Shown: in pieces, positions 9,169 to 18,365 of the stretch
Layout: the number at the start of each line of letters is the position of its first letter
Position numbering within the stretch: position 1 is the stretch's first letter
DNA from: Candidatus Doudnabacteria bacterium
Lineage (GTDB): Bacteria > Patescibacteriota > Doudnabacteria > UBA920 > O2-02-FULL-48-8
Length of the DNA: 45,777 nt
Assembly (NCBI GenBank): GCA_016199215.1
Contig: JACQHB010000005.1
Location: forward strand, 1 to 45,777
Direction: 5' to 3'
Notes under the pieces: model-generated
What the model saw: only the letters and a program-made list of their open reading frames with translations
The model's database searches: none
What the model was told of the DNA's origin: nothing
Made by a program: the position numbers and the translations under genes

Positions 9169-10272
9169 CTAAATAACTTTTATAATCCCGCCGCCAAGCA
9201 GTTCCTCTCCCTTGTAAATTACGGCAGCTTGGCCAATAGTAATCGCCCTCTGGGACTTTTTAAATTTGATTCCAAGATTCCCGTTCCTTTTCTTTCTGAT
9301 CTCTCCTGGATAATCAGGATGGTGGTATCGAATTGTAATTCCGGCCTTAAGCGGAAACTTTGGTTCAGTTCCGGTCCAGCTTACATCAGCAACTTCGAAC
9401 TCGCGCTTCCAGAGTTTTCCGTCTAAGACATTGTTTGTCACCACCAGCTGGTTCTTCTCCAATTTTTTTTCAGCCACATAATAAGGACCGTTGCCGCCCA
9501 GGCCAATTCCTTCCCGCTGGCCAATGGTGTAAAAAGGCAAGCCAATATGTTTGCCGACTACCTTTCCCGCGGTTGTGACAATCTCCCCTTTTCTTGCCTT
9601 AATGTGTCCCTGCAAAAACTCTCGCACGTTAATCTTACCGATAAAGCAAATCCCCTGGGAATCTTTTTTGGCAAAGTTAGGCAGCTTGAATTTTTTTGCA
9701 AGTTCCCTGACTTGGCTTTTTTTGTAATCGCCAATTGGAAATAAAATTTTTGAAAGCTGGTCTTGCTGTAATGTGTATAGAAAATAGCTCTGATCTTTTG
9801 CGGGATCGATGCCCTTCAAGAGTTTAATTTTGACTTTTGCATTGTCATTTTGACTTTTGATTTTTGACTTTTGAATTCTTGCGTAGTGCCCTGTAGCCAC
9901 AAAATCCGCGCCTAATGACAAGGCTTTTTCCAAAAAAACTTTGAACTTAATTTCCTTGTTGCACATCACATCAGGATTGGGGGTTCTGCCCGCTTTATAC
10001 TCGCGCAAAAAATATCCAACAACCCGCTTATAATATTCTTTTTCAAAATTCCAGACATAAAACGGGATTTTTAAAATCTCCGCCGCTTTTCGCGCGTCTT
10101 CCGCGTCAGCCGCCCAAGTGCAGCCGTAATCCCCCACGTCATCCGACCAGTTTTTCATAAACACGCCAATGACATGAAAACCTTGCTGTTTTAGCAAAGC
10201 CGCGGTAACAGAAGAATCAACGCCACCGCTCATTCCAACCACTACCTTTTTCTTCCTATTATTTTCCTTCAT
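9169..10272 (-). CDS. mnmA: tRNA-specific 2-thiouridylase
   Basis: GMSGGVDSS, PNPDVMCNKEIKF, ATGHYAR, KDQSYFL, KKDSQGICFIG, YTIGQR. Confidence 0.97.
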   Translation of the reverse strand: MKENNRKKKVVVGMSGGVDSSVTAALLKQQGFHVIGVFMKNWSDDVGDYGCTWAADAEDARKAAEILKIPFYVWNFEKEYYKRVVGYFLREYKAGRTPNPDVMCNKEIKFKVFLEKALSLGADFVATGHYARIQKSKIKSQNDNAKVKIKLLKGIDPAKDQSYFLYTLQQDQLSKILFPIGDYKKSQVRELAKKFKLPNFAKKDSQGICFIGKINVREFLQGHIKARKGEIVTTAGKVVGKHIGLPFYTIGQREGIGLGGNGPYYVAEKKLEKNQLVVTNNVLDGKLWKREFEVADVSWTGTEPKFPLKAGITIRYHHPDYPGEIRKKRNGNLGIKFKKSQRAITIGQAAVIYKGEELLGGGIIKVI

Positions 10273-10310
10273 ATCTGGGATAGTTTAGCAAAATTTAAAA
10301 CACAAGTCCA

Positions 10311-10410
10311 CGAGCGAGACTTTTGGTAAAAACTAGGAAGCAGGTTGCAAAAAATCGGCTTCCATGCCGATTTTTTGACAACCGTTAGTTTTTATCCAAA
10401 AGTCGAGCGA
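10311..10410. mobile_element. MITE-like long imperfect hairpin (10318-10403) flanked by 7-bp direct repeat CGAGCGA
   Basis: acttttgg/ccaaaagt termini, taaaaacta/tagttttta, caaaaaatcggc/gccgattttttg; cgagcga at 10311-10317 and 10404-10410. Confidence 0.6.
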
Positions 10411-10413
10411 TAA

Positions 10414-12159
10414 TTAAAATTGTATCTTATCCCCCGGGCTCAATGTCCCAGTTTTGTCCTTCTCGTCAGGCTGCTCCACCTTCTGTATCGGCTTTGGAGG
10501 CTGGGGCATAATGGGTTTCTCCTGCTTTGGGGGGTCAGCAGGCTTTGGGTCTGGAAACGCTTTGGTGATCTGTTCTGCCGTTTTTTTGGCGTTTTCGTTA
10601 AACTTTTGGTCGGAAAGCTTGCTTACTGTTTGCCAAACAGGGTTTTCTTTTGGCTTGTCCTGGCTTTTCTTTTCATGTCCGTAGTTCGCATGGTGTTCCT
10701 GACCGTGCCGCTGCGCTCCCCTGTCCGTTCGCGGCTCAAGCGGGGCTGTCTGGCGTATTGTTTGGGAAGGCCCTGCAGTCGCTCTTTCCTGATATCGCAA
10801 ATTTTCCTGCATATCTTCCTGCTCTACCGCCGAACTTTCAATCTCGGCCGCGGCAGTGTGGAATTCCGCCCCCATCCATTTGTTGATTTTTTCCTCAACA
10901 CTTGCCCGGTTGTTGGCATATCTTTCCCTCGAAACTTTTATTACTTTTTCCTCGTTTCCCGTGGTAACAGAGATCGGGGGCAACGTTGTCGCTGAAAAGG
11001 GGCTGGAAGACACTCCATTGATCATCAGCTTCAAGTAAATCTGGTATTTGGCCAAGTTAAGCAAATCGTTTGGGGTATAAGTAGGCTCGAACTCGGTTTC
11101 CAAAAACTCGGCGTCATCAGCCCCGACCCTGAATATGATCAAAGTGCCAACGTTGCCGAAAATCGCGTCCCGAACAACCGTATTCTTTTCGCGGACCAGC
11201 TGGCCTATGTATTGGTGGGCCACGATCAGGTTCAGCCGATATTTTCTTGCCTCGGACAAGATATTGGCAAAAGACTCCGTGGCAAAATTCTGGAACTCGT
11301 CCACATAGAGATAAAAATCCTTGCGATCTGCTTCCGGTATATCAACACGACTCATCGCGGCCAGCTGCAGCTTGGTAATCAGCATGGCCCCCAACAATCC
11401 TGAATTGTCTTCGCCGATCCGTCCCTTGGACAAGTTGATCAAAAAAATCTTCCGGTTGTCCATAATATCGCGAAGGTCAATCGAACTTTTTGTCTGTCCC
11501 ACTATATTGCGGATGATCGCTGACGACAAAAACTGTCCGACCTTGTTTTGAATCGGGGCGATTGCCTCATTCCGAAACTTGTCGTTGTAATTTGCAAACT
11601 CGTCCACCCAGAACGACTTAACAACAGGGTCCTTAATATTATCCACTATTTTTTTGCGGTAGGTTTTATTCACAAGCATTCTGGCCATTCCCATCATGGT
11701 ATTGCCAGGCGAATCAAGAAGCGCCAGGATTGTGTTTCCAAGAATATATTCCATTCTTGCCGACCAAACCCCGGCCCAAATTTTGGTAAACACGCCCATT
11801 AGGCCGGAAGCAACCAAATGCTTATATTGGGGATCAACCGATTCCAGCGGATTAAACGCGATAGGATAGTCAACGTCGGCAGGGTTGAAATAAACCACGT
11901 CGTTGATCCGGTTTGCGGGAATATAAGATAGAACTTTTTCAACTGAATCCCCGTGCGGGTCCACAAATGCAACTCCATGCCCGTCCTGAATATCCTGGAT
12001 CACCATATTTTCAATCAATGTCGTTTTGCCCATCCCGGTTTTCCCCATGATATACATATGCCTTCTGCGGTCATCTCTGCGAATGCCAAAAGGCACCTCT
12101 CTGTTGCGGAAGTTGGTTTTGGCAAACAAGGTTATGTCATTGTCTTGTGCTTGATCCAT
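10414..12159 (-). CDS. VirD4/TraG/HerA-like (DUF87) ATPase, CPR-type coupling-protein homolog
   Basis: Walker A GKTGMGKT, Walker B LYVDEFQNF, SEARKYRLNLIVAHQY; low-complexity C-tail. Confidence 0.88.
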   Translation of the reverse strand: MDQAQDNDITLFAKTNFRNREVPFGIRRDDRRRHMYIMGKTGMGKTTLIENMVIQDIQDGHGVAFVDPHGDSVEKVLSYIPANRINDVVYFNPADVDYPIAFNPLESVDPQYKHLVASGLMGVFTKIWAGVWSARMEYILGNTILALLDSPGNTMMGMARMLVNKTYRKKIVDNIKDPVVKSFWVDEFANYNDKFRNEAIAPIQNKVGQFLSSAIIRNIVGQTKSSIDLRDIMDNRKIFLINLSKGRIGEDNSGLLGAMLITKLQLAAMSRVDIPEADRKDFYLYVDEFQNFATESFANILSEARKYRLNLIVAHQYIGQLVREKNTVVRDAIFGNVGTLIIFRVGADDAEFLETEFEPTYTPNDLLNLAKYQIYLKLMINGVSSSPFSATTLPPISVTTGNEEKVIKVSRERYANNRASVEEKINKWMGAEFHTAAAEIESSAVEQEDMQENLRYQERATAGPSQTIRQTAPLEPRTDRGAQRHGQEHHANYGHEKKSQDKPKENPVWQTVSKLSDQKFNENAKKTAEQITKAFPDPKPADPPKQEKPIMPQPPKPIQKVEQPDEKDKTGTLSPGDKIQF

Positions 12160-12243
12160 ATGCGTTATAATCCGAAATTACGAACGTTTATCCGAATTTA
12201 CGAACCGTTCGTAGATTCGTCTCCGGTTCGTAGTTTCGCATTA
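12160..12243. repeat. Four-unit CGAAWYTACGAAC palindromic array
   Basis: cgaaattacgaac and cgaatttacgaac face gttcgtagattcg and gttcgtagtttcg (12/13 matches to the reverse complements). Confidence 0.75.
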
Positions 12244-12244
12244 A

Positions 12245-13555
12245 TTATCCCACTGGCAAATCGGGAGGAGGCGCGGACTTGACTGTCGTGACCCGCTCAA
12301 CTTGCGAAACCCGGACATTCGGCGCCTGCGGGAAATGATAAATAGTCGCCAATTCTTCCGTGTTAAAGTAAACATCGCCGCTGCCTTTCCAGAAACTCCT
12401 GCTGGTAAAAGCATGCCAGAAGTGCCTTTTGCGGGTCAAAATATTTTTCTGCAAATACGGTTTCTCCAATTGTTCGGAAAGTTTATACGCTTTGTCAGTC
12501 CATGTGTGCTTCATATCCGGCTTTGGTCCGTTCAACGCAACGTCGTCAAAATTCCTGACCGCCCCGATAATTTCCGGAAGGCGCAACCCTTTGTTAAATT
12601 TGTCCTTTGGCGCCATATAGAAAAGCCTGAATTTGGCTTCAAAATAAATTTTGGACAAAGCATGCTCAATGGAAGCGATAACTTGCTTTTCGCCCTCTGT
12701 CTTATGCAGCATCTGGCTTGGCGGCTCGTCTTTTTTTTGCTCTTTTTGAGGTTCTGCGGGGCCTGAAAAAATTGAAACAATTCCTTCCAACACATTTCCG
12801 GGCAAGTCCAAAAATATTTTGTCAAACAAATTCGATCCCGACTTAAGCGGGGCCCCTTTCAATTTATCAAGCAGGAGTTTTTTCGCAATCTTCCACTTGT
12901 CGTCGATGGGCCGGCAGACAATCTGGTAAACCATCAACTCATACGGCTGGAGATTTGACAAGACTTCAATAACATTGGCCAAAGGGTCAATGAATGTTTT
13001 TTGCTCGGGATGCTCGAAAATGCCGTAAGTCCGGATCGGGTAAGCATTGTCTTTTTTCTTCAAAAGCTGGGTCCCCCAAAAATCGAAATCTACCTCCTCA
13101 GGGAAATACTCCTTAGGCATATTTTTTAGATAATCTTCCACCTCGTTAATTTCCGCTTTCGGGTATTGAGCAAAAATCGCGCTTTCCAAAAGACTTTTAT
13201 ATTTATCGGGAATTTTGAAGATATATGAAACCTTGCCGCCAAAACTGACCAGTTCGGCCGAGAACCACATCAGAACTTTGCCATTGAATTTTTCGCCCCA
13301 AGTGAAATTTTGGTGAATCGCGTGAAGCGCGGCAAAGACCTGCTCCATTGCCAAAGGCGATCGTTCATTCAATTCCTCGACCCTTACTTCAAGGAAAATC
13401 CAATTAAAAGTTGCGATATATTTATTCTGGTTTTGGTTCCGGTGCAGCCAAAACAGCATATAAATCAGCACCCATAAAACAAAAAGCCAGCCAAACCAGT
13501 TGACCAAAACTATATTAAAGTATTGCCAAATTTCGCTAAACGTTTGCAGAATCAT
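12245..13555 (-). CDS. Conserved membrane-anchored partner of the VirD4-like ATPase
   Basis: N-terminal TM, 'ESAIFAQYPKAEINEVEDY', 'PIRTY..FE', 'NTEELATIYHFP' recognised as the CPR family upstream of this ATPase. Confidence 0.65.
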   Translation of the reverse strand: MILQTFSEIWQYFNIVLVNWFGWLFVLWVLIYMLFWLHRNQNQNKYIATFNWIFLEVRVEELNERSPLAMEQVFAALHAIHQNFTWGEKFNGKVLMWFSAELVSFGGKVSYIFKIPDKYKSLLESAIFAQYPKAEINEVEDYLKNMPKEYFPEEVDFDFWGTQLLKKKDNAYPIRTYGIFEHPEQKTFIDPLANVIEVLSNLQPYELMVYQIVCRPIDDKWKIAKKLLLDKLKGAPLKSGSNLFDKIFLDLPGNVLEGIVSIFSGPAEPQKEQKKDEPPSQMLHKTEGEKQVIASIEHALSKIYFEAKFRLFYMAPKDKFNKGLRLPEIIGAVRNFDDVALNGPKPDMKHTWTDKAYKLSEQLEKPYLQKNILTRKRHFWHAFTSRSFWKGSGDVYFNTEELATIYHFPQAPNVRVSQVERVTTVKSAPPPDLPVG

Positions 13556-14648
13556 TTGCCAAAGTGAATTTATCCTTATCGACTTTTTGGAAATATTTCT
13601 TGTTCGAAAGGCCCACCAAAATTGTGTTTCTTTTTACCTGTCGCTTCTTTAAAACCTGGTTCACGATCTCGTCTCTCGTCATTGGCCGGCCGAAGGACTT
13701 GATTATATCAGCGATTACGTCAGCAACCACTCCCTTTTTATAACCCCATTCCGAGAGCGCGTAAATTCCCCTCCCGATTAAGACAAACCGCTCGTCCTTA
13801 ATAAGTTCATTATGCACTGTCTCCTGATAAGCCACGCGGTCATCGAACTTGCTTTCATTGATCAGGTTGGTAATCGCCGAATAATGCTCCGGCTTGCCGT
13901 GGTGCTTAAGCACCAGGTATGCCTTGTCTCCTACGTCGCGAGGCTTGATTTCCGTCCAGTCGCCAAGACCCACCTCGTTAAACGGATTGACTTGAATTGA
14001 TTTAGCCAAGTTCAAATAAGTCTTAAGCACCTTATCCGCAAGCTCTGTTGAGTTCTGCTTGTAAAAATCCGTCTGCTTGATTTTTTCAAAAAGCTGGTCC
14101 TGAGGCATCGCGGATCCGGTTTGCTTGAGGATGCCGACAAATTGAGTCACAGCCTCGTCCAGTTTGGAAAAAACAAATCCCACAATATTCCAGGCTTCTT
14201 TATATTCGGAAGTTTCCCGCTGTTTGGTAAACTGGTCTCCGAGGCAAAGCAAAAATTTCACGGCCTGCCGCTCATCGCGGCTGTTTTTACCGGGAAGCAT
14301 CATGCCGATTAATTCATCTTCGGAAATTATGCTTCCGTGCTCAAAGATCGTGTCAAAAACCAACTGCAGAGCCTCGGAAAGCTCCGGCAGCTTTTTCTTT
14401 TTGATCAGATTAAGGGAGTCTTTTTCTATCTGGCGCACGCGTTCTCTGGTCAGATTATATTTCTTCCCGATTGCCTCAAGGGTCTCAATATTCTGGCCAT
14501 TCAAACCGAACCTCGCGCAGAGTATTTCCTTGTCGCGTTCTTTCAGAAGCGACAAAACATTTTGCACCAAAGGGATTGGTTCAAAATTGGTAAGGCTTGA
14601 TTGGGTTTGTGATCCGATAATCCTATCTAAAATGTTACCGTCTGGCAT
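13536..14648 (-). CDS. Sigma-70 region 4 HTH fused to C-terminal winged HTH (RNAP delta/HARE-HTH-like)
   Basis: RFGLNG...TLEAIGKKYNLTRERVRQIE; C-term HYSAIT.LIN...TVHNELIKDERFVLIGRGIYAL.EWG. Confidence 0.8.
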   Translation of the reverse strand: MPDGNILDRIIGSQTQSSLTNFEPIPLVQNVLSLLKERDKEILCARFGLNGQNIETLEAIGKKYNLTRERVRQIEKDSLNLIKKKKLPELSEALQLVFDTIFEHGSIISEDELIGMMLPGKNSRDERQAVKFLLCLGDQFTKQRETSEYKEAWNIVGFVFSKLDEAVTQFVGILKQTGSAMPQDQLFEKIKQTDFYKQNSTELADKVLKTYLNLAKSIQVNPFNEVGLGDWTEIKPRDVGDKAYLVLKHHGKPEHYSAITNLINESKFDDRVAYQETVHNELIKDERFVLIGRGIYALSEWGYKKGVVADVIADIIKSFGRPMTRDEIVNQVLKKRQVKRNTILVGLSNKKYFQKVDKDKFTLANDSANV

Positions 14649-14661
14649 ATTTTTTCTTACA

Positions 14662-14697
14662 TTGACAATAGTATAGCATAAATATTATAGTTTGTCA
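14662..14697. promoter_or_regulatory. Overlapping back-to-back sigma70 promoters
   Basis: Minus: TTGACA-N17-TATACT; plus: TTGACA-N18-TATAGT. Confidence 0.7.
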
Positions 14698-14726
14698 AGA
14701 TTGAAAAAATATGGCATAATTATTTT

Positions 14727-14939
14727 ATGGAAACACAACCGAAATTTGATTTTGAAAAGCTGCCGCAAAGTGAGATTCCTCTGCCGCCATATGTGCTGAA
14801 GTGGCCAGAAGATGAGCGGCAAGAATATATAGACGCGATGCGCGAAGGAAGAGGCTGGTGCGGCCAGTGCTCAAGCGCCAGAGGCAAAGGCAACTGCAGC
14901 GCCTGCCTTACCGAAAAACGCAAACGCGGAGAAAGCTAG
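14727..14939 (+). CDS. Orphan small protein with CxxC-x8-CxxC (putative Zn-binding)
   Basis: CGQC...CSAC; own promoter and terminator. Confidence 0.55.
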   Translation: METQPKFDFEKLPQSEIPLPPYVLKWPEDERQEYIDAMREGRGWCGQCSSARGKGNCSACLTEKRKRGES

Positions 14940-14944
14940 ACAGC

Positions 14945-14977
14945 AAAAAAAGCCCCGGATTAACCGGGGCTTTTTTT
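14945..14977. terminator. Bidirectional intrinsic terminator
   Basis: A7-gccccgg-attaa-ccggggc-T7. Confidence 0.92.
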
Positions 14978-14980
14978 GCT

Positions 14981-15877
14981 TTAGGCTCTGCGCCGCAAAT
15001 CCCATCTATGCCAGACATAAAGCAGAGGGCTTGCGATAAAAATCGATGAATAAGTCCCTGCCCCGATTCCAATCAACAAGGCGAGGACAAAATATCTGAT
15101 TGTTTCCCCACCGAACAGCAGAAGCGCCAACAGGACGAATATCACGGTCAGCGAAGTATTAATCGACCTGACCAGAGTCTGATTTACGCTGTCGTTTATC
15201 ACCTGCCCCAAATCATATCCGCCGCGGGTTTTTAGGTTTTCGCGTATCCGGTCAAAGACTACAATCGTATCGTGCACAGAAAACCCCAACACTGTCAAAA
15301 GAGCGGTTACAAACAAACTGTCAATCTGGACATCGAAAAATTTTCCAAGCAGGGAAAAAACGCCGACCACAATCAAGAGATCGTGAAGAAGAGCGGCTAT
15401 GGCGGAAATCCCGAATTTCCAGGAAGACACGGGCTTGGAAACTTTTCTGAAAGCGTACGCGATATAAAGCACGATTCCCAATGAAACCAGAAGCAGCTGC
15501 CATGCCGCATTCCGTCGAAGTTCTTTGCCAATCACGGGACCGATGGATGTAAATTGCTCTTCGGTAACGGGTCCGAACTTATCGTTCAAAATTTTTACCA
15601 GCTGGTCATGCCGCTCTTTTTCCATAGGCGGAGTCCTGATAATTACCGACTTCTCGGAGGCAGACTGTAGTGTCGCCTCAAATCCCGCGGAAGAAAGCTC
15701 TGCCCCAACCGCCTCCTGCGCCGGAAGGGCTTTTTCAAATTTGATTTGGCTCAATGTTCCCCCGCTAAAATCTATCCCCGTCTTGAGGCCAAAGGTGATC
15801 AGGGAAATAATCCCGATAAGCATGATTATCCCCGAAACAACAAACCAAAATTTATAATTCTTGATAATGTTAAGCAT
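14981..15877 (-). CDS. secF: Protein translocase subunit SecF
   Basis: GIDFSGG, IGPVIGKEL, LGFSVHDTIVVFDRIRENL, RSINTS, GTYSSIFIA. Confidence 0.97.
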   Translation of the reverse strand: MLNIIKNYKFWFVVSGIIMLIGIISLITFGLKTGIDFSGGTLSQIKFEKALPAQEAVGAELSSAGFEATLQSASEKSVIIRTPPMEKERHDQLVKILNDKFGPVTEEQFTSIGPVIGKELRRNAAWQLLLVSLGIVLYIAYAFRKVSKPVSSWKFGISAIAALLHDLLIVVGVFSLLGKFFDVQIDSLFVTALLTVLGFSVHDTIVVFDRIRENLKTRGGYDLGQVINDSVNQTLVRSINTSLTVIFVLLALLLFGGETIRYFVLALLIGIGAGTYSSIFIASPLLYVWHRWDLRRRA

Positions 15878-17216
15878 TTTGCTTCTCCTCGGACATTTTA
15901 GGAACTCCGTAAAGGGAATGGTTTACCAAATAATTATGGCCGACCAGCAAGCGCAGGAAAGTTCTGGTCACGGTAATCGCGGTAAACATGGACAAAAGAA
16001 TGCCTATGCTTAAAGTTACGGCAAACCCGCGCACTATGCTCGTGCCGAAATATCCCAGCAAAAAAGTGGTGATCAAGCTTGAGACATTGGAATCCCTGAT
16101 TGAAAGCCATGCCCGCGCAAAGCCGTCTTCCACGGCCTGCCGCAGAGTTTTGCCCCGGCGCAATTCTTCTTTCATGCGTTCGAATATAAGAATGTTGGCA
16201 TCAACTGCCATTCCGATGGAAAGAATAAAACCGGCGATCCCGGCAAGGGTCAGGGTGACATTAAGCATTTTAAACACCATCAAGCTTAAAGCGGTGTAAA
16301 TAGAAAGCGCGAGCACTGCAAGGAAGCCCGGCAGACGGTAATAAGCAACCATAAACAGCGCGACCAGGATAAATCCGATCAAACCCGCTATAACGCTTTT
16401 TTGCATGGAAGCAAGCCCTAAAGTCGCTCCGACATTTTGTTGAGAAATCAATTTGATCGGCACGGGCAAAGCGCCCGAATTCAGCCTGGTAACCAATTGC
16501 TTTGCCTCGTCCACGCTAAATTGGCCGGTAATCACGGCCCTCCCATCGGTGATAGCGCTTTGTACAGTTGGGGCTGATAAAATCTGGCCATCTAGAAATA
16601 TGGCAACGCGCTTTCCAATGTTGCGGCTGGTGATGTCTGAGAATTTTTTAGTGCCTTCCGCGTCAAACTGCAAAGAGATCTGCGGCGCCCCCGTGCGCTG
16701 CTCAAACTCCAAGCTCGCGCGCTTAAACTCTTTCCCGGTTAATCCGGTTGGCAAAAAAAGCTCGTTTGAATCAACATTGATCGTTCCGCTCGCGTCAGGA
16801 GCAACTTCCGGGGGATTCGGATTCTCTTCCTTAAACTCAAGGAAAGGGGTTTGGCCAATCTGGTTGATGGCTTCGTTTACATCTTTAATTCCCGGCAACT
16901 CAACAATTACCCGATCCGTGCCGGACAGTTGAATCACCGGTTCTGACACCCCAAAGGCGTTCACCCGGCGCTCAATCACATCGCGCGCGGATTCCATGGC
17001 TTGAGTCTTTGCGTCTGATGGAATGTCTTTTAAATCGCCCTGGTAAACCAAATGGGTTCCGCCCTGCAAATCCAAGCCCAAACGCAGGTCAAAAGCTTTT
17101 TGATAATTGATTTTTACAAAACTTAGATTGACGCTGGTTTGGGGAAGCGCAACAAAAACTGCCAGGGCCGCCAGCAGTATTATCAGGAAAAATTTAAAGT
17201 ATAGTCCTTTGCGCAT
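15870..17216 (-). CDS. secD: Protein translocase subunit SecD; likely start at 17216
   Basis: LGLDLQGG, RRVNAFGVSEP, LNSGALP, GMAVDANILIFER; a TTGCGT-N17-TATAAT promoter (17248-17276) lies inside the longer ORF's extension. Confidence 0.96.
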   Translation of the reverse strand: MRKGLYFKFFLIILLAALAVFVALPQTSVNLSFVKINYQKAFDLRLGLDLQGGTHLVYQGDLKDIPSDAKTQAMESARDVIERRVNAFGVSEPVIQLSGTDRVIVELPGIKDVNEAINQIGQTPFLEFKEENPNPPEVAPDASGTINVDSNELFLPTGLTGKEFKRASLEFEQRTGAPQISLQFDAEGTKKFSDITSRNIGKRVAIFLDGQILSAPTVQSAITDGRAVITGQFSVDEAKQLVTRLNSGALPVPIKLISQQNVGATLGLASMQKSVIAGLIGFILVALFMVAYYRLPGFLAVLALSIYTALSLMVFKMLNVTLTLAGIAGFILSIGMAVDANILIFERMKEELRRGKTLRQAVEDGFARAWLSIRDSNVSSLITTFLLGYFGTSIVRGFAVTLSIGILLSMFTAITVTRTFLRLLVGHNYLVNHSLYGVPKMSEEKQNA

Positions 17217-17287
17217 TAAATTTTCTTGAAGATGATTTACTCCGGATATTATAAGGGAAAATTGCTTAAAACGCAATATTAAGAAAG

Positions 17288-18364
17288 TTAAAAAAAGTTA
17301 TGCATTGGCCAGGTAAATGACTCGTAAATCTTATCAAGCAGGCGGCGTCTATTCCAGTCTTTGGCAATTATTTCCCTGCTCTCCGACAAGTCTTGCAAAA
17401 AATGCTTAAAAAGTTCGTTGTTAAACTCGGGGTTTGAGCTGACGATATTCCCTTCGTAATTATAACGAAAGCTTAAATTGTCCAGATTGGTGCTGCCAAC
17501 CGTCCCCCACAAATTGTCGACCACGCCTGTTTTGGCATGCAGGAAGCGATCCGGGCGGTACCGAAAGATCCTAATCCCCGCCTTCAATGCAAGCCCTATA
17601 TAAGAAGCGGAGGCAACATCCAGAATTTTGTGATCGGATTTCCCCGGAAGCAGCAATCTTACGTCAACTTTCCTTTTCGCGGCTGAAAGAAGTTTTTGAA
17701 AGAAGAACAAGTCAGGGACAAAGTAAGGCGTAGTCAGAAAAATAAAATCTTTGGCGGACTTAATCGCTGCCATAAAGGACTTACGGATAAATCTGTTTGC
17801 CTGATAGGGAGAATTGATCAAAAAACTGAATTCATCAGCAGGGTAAATTATTTTCTTAAACCTGAAAAATTTTTTATTAGTCTTGGCAGCAAGCCACATC
17901 TGATTAAAAGCATCTTTCATTTGCTCTACTACCGGACCGACAATTCTGACATGTGTTTCCCTCCAGCTTGTCATATGTTTCTTTATCCCCGCGCTTCCCG
18001 TATATCCGATACTTGAATCAATAACCGTGATTTTCCTGTGATCGCGCCAGAACCAAGAAGTAAAATTATAAAGCCGCCAGGGGCTGATCGGGTTGTAAAA
18101 AACGACCTCAATTCCCTTTTTTTCAAGCTCTCGGCTAAAGCCGGAAGTGATAAATCCCGCGCTTCCCGACGCGTCGCAGAGAAATCGCACCCGAACTCCT
18201 TCAGCGGCCTTGTCCAAAGCTGCCTCAATAAACCTGAAACCTACATCGTCCAGGGCAAAAATATATTGTTCAATATCAATTGAAGCTCGGGCTTGGCGCA
18301 TATCCGCAAGCATATCTGCCCAAAACAGGTCCGCTTCGGTGTAAAATTTCCAGTTGGTTTCCAT
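17288..18364 (-). CDS. cls: Cardiolipin synthase / phospholipase D family
   Basis: Two HKD motifs (HRKITVID, HAKTGVVD), GSTNLD..S.RYNYE. Confidence 0.88.
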   Translation of the reverse strand: METNWKFYTEADLFWADMLADMRQARASIDIEQYIFALDDVGFRFIEAALDKAAEGVRVRFLCDASGSAGFITSGFSRELEKKGIEVVFYNPISPWRLYNFTSWFWRDHRKITVIDSSIGYTGSAGIKKHMTSWRETHVRIVGPVVEQMKDAFNQMWLAAKTNKKFFRFKKIIYPADEFSFLINSPYQANRFIRKSFMAAIKSAKDFIFLTTPYFVPDLFFFQKLLSAAKRKVDVRLLLPGKSDHKILDVASASYIGLALKAGIRIFRYRPDRFLHAKTGVVDNLWGTVGSTNLDNLSFRYNYEGNIVSSNPEFNNELFKHFLQDLSESREIIAKDWNRRRLLDKIYESFTWPMHNFF

Positions 18365-18365
18365 T

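Noticed and set aside
9140-9190. Possible displaced mnmA 3' end (EIIKVK versus GIIKVI)
   Set aside because: Only a 12/13 match in AT-rich DNA; compatible with chance.
10414-13555. Conjugative element / ICE
   Set aside because: No relaxase, VirB4 or integrase; embedded in housekeeping context.
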